13,293 nucleotides of DNA, taken from the IMG/VR virus record IMGVR_UViG_2563366821_000011; one strand, 5' to 3'. The notes under the pieces are model-generated. The model worked only from the letters and a program-made list of their open reading frames with translations. It was not told the origin of the DNA and did not search any database. Both the position numbers and the translations under genes were made by a program. Below are positions 1 to 6,416 of this stretch, in pieces. The DNA is from a virus. Lineage: Duplodnaviria; Heunggongvirae; Uroviricota; Caudoviricetes. Position 1 is the first letter of the stretch, and each line of letters opens with the position of its first letter.

Positions 1-669
1 ATGTGTGGACGCTTTGCCCAATCCCAAACGCGTGAAGATTACCTCGCGTTTCTCGCGGAAGATATTGAACGCGATATTCCCTACGATCCCGAACCTATTG
101 GCAGATACAACGTCGCGCCGGGAACCAAAGTCCTTCTGCTCAGTGAACGTGATGAACACCTTCATCTGGATCCGGTTTTCTGGGGATATGCTCCCGGATG
201 GTGGGATAAACCGCCGCTGATTAACGCCCGCGTAGAAACTGCCGCAACCAGTCGCATGTTTAAACCGCTCTGGCAACATGGTCGGGTAATATGCTTTGCC
301 GATGGCTGGTTTGAGTGGAAAAAAGAAGGCGACAAAAAACAGCCTTATTTTATCTATCGCGCTGATGGACAACCTGTTTTTATAGCCGCGATAGGTAGCA
401 CACCGTTTGAGCGCGGTGACGAAGCCGAAGGAGTTTTAATTGTCACTGCAGCAGCAGACCAGGGCCTGGTAGATATTCATGACCGCCGCCCGCTGGTACT
501 GTCGCCAGAAACTGCGCGGGAATGGATGCGGCAAGACATTGGTGGTAAAGAAGCCTCAGAAATCGCTACCAGAAGCTGTGTGCCAGCAAACCAGTTCATC
601 TGGCACCCTGTGTCGCGCGCGGTGGGTAATGTTAAAAACCAGGGCGCGGAGTTAATTCAACCTGTTTGA
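1..669 (+). CDS. yedK: SOS-response-associated peptidase (SRAP) / abasic-site processing protein YedK, 222 aa
   Basis: ORF opens with MCGRF (the N-terminal Cys2 nucleophile typical of SRAP proteins) and matches YedK of E. coli as I recall it. ATG at 1, TGA at 667-669. Confidence 0.9.
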   Translation: MCGRFAQSQTREDYLAFLAEDIERDIPYDPEPIGRYNVAPGTKVLLLSERDEHLHLDPVFWGYAPGWWDKPPLINARVETAATSRMFKPLWQHGRVICFADGWFEWKKEGDKKQPYFIYRADGQPVFIAAIGSTPFERGDEAEGVLIVTAAADQGLVDIHDRRPLVLSPETAREWMRQDIGGKEASEIATRSCVPANQFIWHPVSRAVGNVKNQGAELIQPV

Positions 670-864
670 TAAGCCTGGAGATTATCTACACCTGGATGGA
701 CATCATTGTACTATGCCCCGTACATGCCCCATCACATCCTCAACATCAAAGTATTAGAGCCTTGCAAACCATTATGCGTCTCAGTTTGTCTCATCTATCT
801 TACGCAAAAAAAATAGAACTAATATCAAGCGGCGCTATATTGCGTATTAAATAAAACCACCTCA

Positions 865-887
865 GGTGATGCTGCCAACTTACTGAT
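865..887. repeat. IS1 left terminal inverted repeat (about 23 bp)
   Basis: GGTGATGCTGCCAACTTACTGAT, imperfectly complementary to 1610-1632. Confidence 0.85.
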
Positions 888-919
888 TTAGTGTATGATG
901 GTGTTTTTGAGGTGCTCCA

Positions 920-1195
920 GTGGCTTCTGTTTCTATCAGCTGTCCCTCCTGTTCAGCTACTGACGGGGTGGTGCGTAACGGCAAAAGCACCGCCGGACAT
1001 CAGCGCTATCTCTGCTCTCACTGCCGTAAAACATGGCAACTGCAGTTCACTTACACCGCTTCTCAACCCGGTACGCACCAGAAAATCATTGATATGGCCA
1101 TGAATGGCGTTGGATGCCGGGCAACAGCCCGCATTATGGGCGTTGGCCTCAACACGATTTTACGTCACTTAAAAAACTCAGGCCGCAGTCGGTAA
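920..1195 (+). CDS. insA: IS1 InsA (transposition repressor / N-terminal part of the InsAB transposase), 91 aa, GTG start
   Basis: Translation [22 protein letters not shown]... with a CxxC...CxxC zinc finger and an HTH. Stop TAA at 1193-1195. Confidence 0.9.
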
Positions 1196-1617
1196 CCTCG
1201 CGCATACAGCCGGGCAGTGACGTCATCGTCTGCGCGGAAATGGACGAACAGTGGGGCTATGTCGGGGCTAAATCGCGCCAGCGCTGGCTGTTTTACGCGT
1301 ATGACAGGCTCCGGAAGACGGTTGTTGCGCACGTATTCGGTGAACGCACTATGGCGACGCTGGGGCGTCTTATGAGCCTGCTGTCACCCTTTGACGTGGT
1401 GATATGGATGACGGATGGCTGGCCGCTGTATGAATCCCGCCTGAAGGGAAAGCTGCACGTAATCAGCAAGCGATATACGCAGCGAATTGAGCGGCATAAC
1501 CTGAATCTGAGGCAGCACCTGGCACGGCTGGGACGGAAGTCGCTGTCGTTCTCAAAATCGGTGGAGCTGCATGACAAAGTCATCGGGCATTATCTGAACA
1601 TAAAACACTATCAATAA
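1114..1617 (+). CDS. insB: IS1 InsB reading frame (catalytic part of the InsAB transposase, made by -1 frameshift at AAAAAAC 1171-1177)
   Basis: 167-aa ORF in the -1 frame relative to insA that overlaps the insA 3-prime end. The A6C slippery motif sits at 1171-1177. Confidence 0.85.
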
Positions 1618-1632
1618 GTTGGAGTCATTACC
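1610..1632. repeat. IS1 right terminal inverted repeat (about 23 bp)
   Basis: Reverse complement GGTAATGACTCCAACTTATTGAT matches the left IR at most positions. Confidence 0.85.
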
Positions 1633-1663
1633 TCTGATCCCATGGTAATTCAGCTGTTATTTT

Positions 1664-2650
1664 CTATTTAAGAATAAAACGGTATTTACTGTCAGGAGTG
1701 CTTTGCTGATCAAGTAGCAGTGAACGACATGGAGCAGTCAAAACCCGAGCATAACTACCATCAGGGCTTATGTTAATGTAACAAACCTTGCCCTTAACAC
1801 TATAATTTTCGGGGACGGATGCCTTTGCTGATACAGTAAATTTAAGGGTATGCCAGCCCGTTTTTTGCTTGTAGCTTGAAACCGAATGGAAATCATCTGA
1901 GTACTTATTTAACCCTGGAAACATGCTGCGCAGTGCGGGGATGGAATCTTCTATTATTTTATCGTTGGTTTTAATGTTAAAAACGCTGGTTTCAGTAGAA
2001 GCTACTGCTTTGGCATTTCCCCATTTACCAGCGAACACAATCATTCCCACGAAAAATATTGCTACAAGAACTAACACTCCCCCCAACACTACTACATGAG
2101 GCTTCCGGCTTCTGGTTGGTACAGTTGCGACTGATTTTGCACCGCTTTCCGATGGAGGTGATAGAGTTTTACTCTCATCACGAATATTCAGCAGATCATC
2201 AAAATAACCAAACACAGCCTGCAACTGCTCTTTGTCTAGGCCTTTAAGATGGGTTGTACCGAAATGCTTCAGACAGTATCTGTCACGGTCAAGACGATAC
2301 CCAGGGTCAGTAAGCGCCATTATTTTGCTGACCAGAAGATTACAGTCCTTCATATTCTGGATCTGTTGTGCATATCTCTGAAGGATCTCAACCGCACCAT
2401 GATAATCAGCCGCAGTCATTTCATTAACTGTTTTGGTATTAAGTTTCGTGTGGATCGTCATCCATAGCTCGCGCTTACTTTCCCCCAGATCAACCAATTC
2501 ATCCATCAATCTGTGTAAATCGCGTTTTTGCAGCAACGAAATTGGTTGCTGGGCCGAAGGAAGTATGTCAGCAGAATAGTTATGAATGGTAACATCACCG
2601 CTGACAACGTTACCCACATCCCCGTTAACTGTTTGCTTCTCTTTACTCAT
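1664..2650 (-). CDS. Hypothetical single-pass membrane protein, 328 aa, translationally coupled to the prophage repressor
   Basis: 987-bp ORF in an AT-rich region (about 37-40 percent GC by hand count). Its ATG overlaps the repressor stop in an ATGA. One strongly hydrophobic segment (VVVLGGVLVLVAIFFVGMIVFAG, about aa 185-207) is flanked by basic residues. The N-terminal motif GDVGNVVSGDVTI resembles the repressor C-terminal tail. I recognise no known family. Confidence 0.7.
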   Translation of the reverse strand: MSKEKQTVNGDVGNVVSGDVTIHNYSADILPSAQQPISLLQKRDLHRLMDELVDLGESKRELWMTIHTKLNTKTVNEMTAADYHGAVEILQRYAQQIQNMKDCNLLVSKIMALTDPGYRLDRDRYCLKHFGTTHLKGLDKEQLQAVFGYFDDLLNIRDESKTLSPPSESGAKSVATVPTRSRKPHVVVLGGVLVLVAIFFVGMIVFAGKWGNAKAVASTETSVFNIKTNDKIIEDSIPALRSMFPGLNKYSDDFHSVSSYKQKTGWHTLKFTVSAKASVPENYSVKGKVCYINISPDGSYARVLTAPCRSLLLDQQSTPDSKYRFILK

Positions 2651-3108
2651 CTTCTCTTGGTATTTTTGTTCATTATTCCACCTGTTCCTATGGTTACGTT
2701 ACCTTTGATAACATTCCCCAGAACATCTCCATGAATAACCTGTTCCGCCCGTTCTCTGGAGGAGCCAGTAGTCAAGGCCGACAAAACTGAACCTTTGACC
2801 TGTAATGGTGCCTGCCGGTAGTGCTGCAGTAACTCCATTTCATCACGTGATAAAGTTATACCTGATGACTCCCCGGTAAGAATGAACTGTACATTGGCCC
2901 CAATTCTTGCAAAGGCTGCAAGTAACTCACCTCCGGGAACAGCAACCCCTCGTTCATATTTCCCCCACATTTCTCTTGAAACGCCACAAAGGGCTGCTAC
3001 TTCAGCCTGCTTGAGTGATAACCGCGAACGCTCAGCTTTGAACCGCGACGCGCAAAGAGAATCAAAATTCACACAAACCTCATTGACAATGAGAACAATA
3101 GTTCTCAT
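2647..3108 (-). CDS. XRE/Cro-C1-type HTH transcriptional repressor (prophage c-repressor analogue), up to 153 aa
   Basis: HTH motif LSLKQAEVAALCGVSREMWGKYERG. Transcribed divergently from the early operon, as for Mu c. The start is uncertain: ATG at 3108 lies inside the operator palindrome and has no SD (possibly leaderless), while an in-frame GTG at codon 13 is preceded by GAGG. Confidence 0.75.
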   Translation of the reverse strand: MRTIVLIVNEVCVNFDSLCASRFKAERSRLSLKQAEVAALCGVSREMWGKYERGVAVPGGELLAAFARIGANVQFILTGESSGITLSRDEMELLQHYRQAPLQVKGSVLSALTTGSSRERAEQVIHGDVLGNVIKGNVTIGTGGIMNKNTKRR

Positions 3109-3111
3109 AAT
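3083..3111 (+). promoter_or_regulatory. Putative sigma70 early promoter (Pe-like): -35 TTGACA (3083-3088), 17-bp spacer, -10 CATAAT (3106-3111)
   Basis: Consensus -35, ideal 17-bp spacing and a 5/6 -10, lying 48 bp upstream of the ner-position gene whose SD is AAGGAG and ATG is at 3159. Confidence 0.5.
3089..3108. promoter_or_regulatory. Putative operator: perfect palindrome ATGAGAAC-N4-GTTCTCAT within the early promoter spacer
   Basis: 8-bp perfect inverted repeat arms with a 4-bp spacer between the -35 and -10 of the rightward promoter. It overlaps the first codons of the repressor ORF. Confidence 0.5.
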
Positions 3112-3158
3112 CTATCACATATAAAACAAACATCATTGCATCAACAAAGGAGACAACA

Positions 3159-3347
3159 ATGACTTCCGAACAAGTTAAAAATCTCTTCCGTCAGCGTGGT
3201 ATCACGTTTACCCGCTGGGCCGAAGAACACGGCTACAGCCGCAATGAGGTCTATCGTGTTCTCAATGGACAGACCAAAGCTCGTTACGGCAAAGCCCATG
3301 AAATTGCCGTAAAACTGGGATTAAAACCCACGTCAAATGCGGCATAA
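3159..3347 (+). CDS. Small HTH DNA-binding protein in the ner position (Ner/Cro-like early regulator), 62 aa
   Basis: Strong SD AAGGAG 7 nt upstream. HTH-like segment TRWAEEHGYSRNEVYRVLNGQ. First gene of the rightward operon, opposite the repressor. Not obviously similar in sequence to Mu Ner. Confidence 0.65.
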   Translation: MTSEQVKNLFRQRGITFTRWAEEHGYSRNEVYRVLNGQTKARYGKAHEIAVKLGLKPTSNAA

Positions 3348-3399
3348 ATTTTCCACATATGCAACAGGTTATCACATATTGCAAAAATGGAAATGTGAC

Positions 3400-3708
3400 A
3401 TGAGTAAAGTAAATATTTCCAGTTCTGGGACCCGCATCCTACGTGTACTCAAAGCTCTACGCGGTCATGCTCTGAACGGTGTTTCTAACGGTGAACTGGC
3501 ATCAGCCCTGGGGGAGTCCCCGGCGAATATCAATCGAGCACTTAATACCCTTATTGAAGAGGGACTGGCCATGAAATTAGAGAACGGACGTTTCGCACCG
3601 GGAATCCAGTTACTACAGATCGCCATGGCTCACAGTCACGAGATGGCGCGTGCACAGGATCGTATTAACGAAATCAACCAACGAGTTATTTCAGGTAGTC
3701 GTTTGTAA
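3400..3708 (+). CDS. Winged-HTH DNA-binding protein (IclR/MarR-like N-terminal domain only), about 103 aa
   Basis: Motif ILRVLKALRGHALNGVSNGELASALGESPANINRALNTLIEEGLAMK resembles an IclR-type wHTH. Start chosen at ATG 3400 (weak SD); an alternative in-frame ATG at 3337 overlaps the upstream gene. Confidence 0.55.
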   Translation: MSKVNISSSGTRILRVLKALRGHALNGVSNGELASALGESPANINRALNTLIEEGLAMKLENGRFAPGIQLLQIAMAHSHEMARAQDRINEINQRVISGSRL

Positions 3709-3718
3709 GGAGTAATCA

Positions 3719-4633
3719 ATGGGACGCACCAAATCACCCGTTAACACTGAACTGAATGTTGAGGTTCCGCTGTCAGATAACATCAATGTCAATTTGAACG
3801 CTATGACACAGCATCGCATGGAAATTATGCAGCAGTTTGGTGATGGACTGCCTTATGAACGTGATCGCATTGTTCACGAAGCACGTTTTTATATGGCGCA
3901 GAGTGCTGAATCTATGCTGGAAGCGGGTAAGCGGCTGATCATCTTAAAAGAAAATGAGCCACACGGTGATTTTACAAACATTTTAGAAAATGAACTCGGA
4001 CTTGCACCACAAGTTGCTCGCCGCATGATGCAAGCCAGTATGAAGTTTTTGGGAGAAGGTGATGAGCCAACAAAACGCTCAACGTTGAGCGTTTTGGGGA
4101 AAGCCAAACTGTACGACCTGATGGTTCTGGATAATGAAGAACTTGATGAATTGGCCGACGGCGGCACAGTTGCCGGCCTGACGCTTGACGACGTTGATCG
4201 CATGTCAGTACGTGAATTGCGTCAGGCCCTGCGCGAAGCGCGCGAAACCAACGCAGCACAACAGCGCGTACTCGCCGACAAAAATGAAAAAATAGATTCA
4301 CTCTCCACCAGACTGGAGAAGAAATCCCGTATTCAGCCGCCTGAGCCTGATGAGGAGGTTAAGAAGCTGCGGGCGGAAGTAACAGCATTAGCGGTTGAGG
4401 CGGAATCTGCTATCGCCGTCCGACTGTCCAGCGCTTTTGAGACGCTGTGCGCATATTGTGCTGAAAACATGATTGATACCCCCAGAGACTTCATGGCAGG
4501 CCTGGTCTGTCAACTGGAAAGCACAGCGCGTAGCCTGCGCTCCACATTTGACCTGCCGGACGAGCCAACAGGCAATGCAGCGCCTTCATGGCTGACTGAG
4601 CCGACGCCACAGATTAACGGGCTGGAGGCATAA
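3719..4633 (+). CDS. Hypothetical early protein, DUF3102-like N-terminal region plus coiled-coil and acidic C-terminus, 304 aa
   Basis: SD TAAGGAG 6 nt upstream of ATG. Motif HGDFTNILENELGLAPQVARRMMQASMKF resembles what I recall of DUF3102. Stop is 3 nt before the transposase ATG. Confidence 0.6.
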   Translation: MGRTKSPVNTELNVEVPLSDNINVNLNAMTQHRMEIMQQFGDGLPYERDRIVHEARFYMAQSAESMLEAGKRLIILKENEPHGDFTNILENELGLAPQVARRMMQASMKFLGEGDEPTKRSTLSVLGKAKLYDLMVLDNEELDELADGGTVAGLTLDDVDRMSVRELRQALREARETNAAQQRVLADKNEKIDSLSTRLEKKSRIQPPEPDEEVKKLRAEVTALAVEAESAIAVRLSSAFETLCAYCAENMIDTPRDFMAGLVCQLESTARSLRSTFDLPDEPTGNAAPSWLTEPTPQINGLEA

Positions 4634-4636
4634 CCA

Positions 4637-6406
4637 ATGAATGCTGCCCTGACTGAACGACTGGTTTATGTCGCCCGCGCGGCACGTGACGCGGGGCATG
4701 GTAAACGCGGTGCAATATACGACGCTGCCTGTGCTGAACTTGGCATGTCCCGCGCCACTCTGCTGCGCAGGCTGAAGGAGGTCTCTGTGACTGATAAACG
4801 CAAAAAACGCGCCGATGCCGGGCGCAGCGCCCTGACCCGCGACGAAGCCGCGCTGATATCTGCCACACTGCGTGAGGCCACCCGCAAGAACGGTAAGCGT
4901 CTCTATTCCATCGCAGATGCAGTGGAAACCCTACGGGCTAACGGCTTTATCACCGCAGGCAGAACAGATGAAACCACCAGTGAGTTTTTCCCGTTGTCTG
5001 AAGATGCCATCAGCCGTGCTCTGCGTAACTATGGCCTGCACCCGGAACAACTGGATGCCCCTGCACCACATACCGAAGTGGCCAGTCTGCATCCCAATCA
5101 TGTCTGGCAGATTGACGCCTCACTCTGCACGCTTTACTACCTGAGCAATGGACATAAAGGGCTGCAGGTGATGGACAGCGCGAAGTTCTACAAGAACAAG
5201 CCCGCTAACCTTGCCCGTATCGCCAGTGACCGCGTGTGGAGTTACGAGATTACCGACCATGCCAGCGGCTGGATTTACGTTGAGTATGTGACGGGCGCGG
5301 AATCAGGTGAGAACCTGTGTTCTGTGCTTATCAACGCCATGCAGGAGCGTGGCGGCGCAGACGTGCTGCACGGCGTGCCGAAAATACTCTATCTCGACCC
5401 CGGCTCGGCAAACACCGCGGGTATGACGAAAAACATGTGCCGCTCACTGGGCATCGACCTGATAGCGCACAAGCCGCATAACGCCCGCGCCACCGGACAG
5501 GTGGAAAAGGCGCGTGACATTATCGAACGCAAGCTGGAGCCGGGGCTGAAGTTCCGGCCGGTTCACAGTCTGGAAGAACTCAACGCGCTGGCCGCGAAAT
5601 GGCGCAGCCACTTTAACGCCACGGCTGTTCACAGCCGCCACGGTAAAACCCGCACGGATATCTGGCTGAAGATTACTGCTGAGCAGCTGAAAAAAGCGCC
5701 TTCCGTTGAGGTATGTCGTGAACTGGCTGTGGCGGCACCAGAACTCCGCAAAGTCACGCCAAAACTTCGTGTCTCGTTCCGGGGCACTGAATTTGACGTA
5801 TCAACGGTACCGGGCGTACTGGTTGGTGAAAAACTGATGATTACCCGTAACCCATGGCGCAGCGATGTGGCACAGGTGGTTCTGACCGGTGAGGACGGCC
5901 ACGAGACGTTCTTCCTGGTCGAAGAGGTCAGAAAGAACGAGTTTGGCTTTGCTGAAGGCGCGGCGGTATTTGGCGAAAGTTACAAAGCCCTGCCGGAAAC
6001 CTCGGCACAGATGGCGGCAAAAGAAACTGAAGCGCTGGTTACCGGTACAGACAACGCTGCAGATGCAGCCGCCGCACGCAAGGCGAAGGCGCTGCCGTTC
6101 GGCGGGCGGCTTGACCCGTATAAACATATCGACGACACCACACTTCCGGCCTATATGCCGAAGCGTGGTCAGGCCTCTGACGTACGCGGGCCGCGCACTG
6201 AACAACGTCCCATGACTCATGTGGAGGCCGCGAAAGCCCTGCGCGATAAGTTCAGCGCCGACGGCCTTACCTGGACGCCGGAACATTACCGCCAGTTAAC
6301 GGCACAGTACCCGGACGGCGTACCGGAAGCTGCACTGGATGAAGTCATGGCCACGCTGACCACGCCGGCACGCAGCAGTGTTATCAGCATTGTTAACGGC
6401 AACTGA
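4637..6406 (+). CDS. Mu-like DDE transposase (A protein), 589 aa
   Basis: N-terminal HTH, then an rve-type catalytic core with D160 (HVWQIDAS), D254 (LYLDPGS) and E290 (ATGQVEKA; D-35-E spacing). Located immediately upstream of the AAA+ B gene. Confidence 0.9.
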   Translation: MNAALTERLVYVARAARDAGHGKRGAIYDAACAELGMSRATLLRRLKEVSVTDKRKKRADAGRSALTRDEAALISATLREATRKNGKRLYSIADAVETLRANGFITAGRTDETTSEFFPLSEDAISRALRNYGLHPEQLDAPAPHTEVASLHPNHVWQIDASLCTLYYLSNGHKGLQVMDSAKFYKNKPANLARIASDRVWSYEITDHASGWIYVEYVTGAESGENLCSVLINAMQERGGADVLHGVPKILYLDPGSANTAGMTKNMCRSLGIDLIAHKPHNARATGQVEKARDIIERKLEPGLKFRPVHSLEELNALAAKWRSHFNATAVHSRHGKTRTDIWLKITAEQLKKAPSVEVCRELAVAAPELRKVTPKLRVSFRGTEFDVSTVPGVLVGEKLMITRNPWRSDVAQVVLTGEDGHETFFLVEEVRKNEFGFAEGAAVFGESYKALPETSAQMAAKETEALVTGTDNAADAAAARKAKALPFGGRLDPYKHIDDTTLPAYMPKRGQASDVRGPRTEQRPMTHVEAAKALRDKFSADGLTWTPEHYRQLTAQYPDGVPEAALDEVMATLTTPARSSVISIVNGN

Positions 6407-6416
6407 GGAGGAAAAC

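Larger units (their letters stand above)
865..1632 (+). mobile_element. Insertion sequence IS1, complete 768 bp copy
   Basis: Starts GGTGATGCTGCCAACTTACTGAT and ends with the inverted copy ATCAATAAGTTGGAGTCATTACC. Carries insA and insB with the A6C frameshift motif at 1171-1177. Length is exactly 768 bp. Confidence 0.95.

Noticed and set aside
5-220. 71-aa alternative-frame ORF overlapping yedK
   Set aside because: It lies in a different frame of a confidently identified CDS and has no RBS.
666-854. 62-aa ORF in the yedK-IS1 intergenic region
   Set aside because: AT-rich, no convincing RBS and no recognisable motif. Probably non-coding intergenic DNA.
1293-1583. 96-aa minus-strand ORF inside IS1 insB
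   Set aside because: Antisense frame within a canonical IS1 with no evidence of function. IS1 coding capacity is accounted for by insA and insB.
856-1641. Target-site duplication flanking IS1
   Set aside because: The 9-bp flanks (ACCACCTCA and TCTGATCCC) and the 8-bp alternatives were compared and do not match, so no duplication is reported.
1633-1900. Mu-type left-end (attL) transposase-binding repeats
   Set aside because: I found no series of 22-bp CGAAA-containing repeats and no TG terminus next to a repeat array. The region is almost entirely the 3-prime end of the 328-aa ORF, so no attL is claimed.
3337-3399. Longer start (ATG 3337) for the winged-HTH gene
   Set aside because: It would overlap the upstream gene by 11 nt and has no SD. 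ATG 3400 with a weak GGAAA SD is preferred, though the choice is uncertain.
5801-6286. 161-aa minus-strand ORF and 108-aa plus-strand alternative-frame ORF inside the transposase gene
   Set aside because: Both are embedded in the transposase CDS with its DDE motifs. They have no independent start signals and Arg-rich low-complexity translations.
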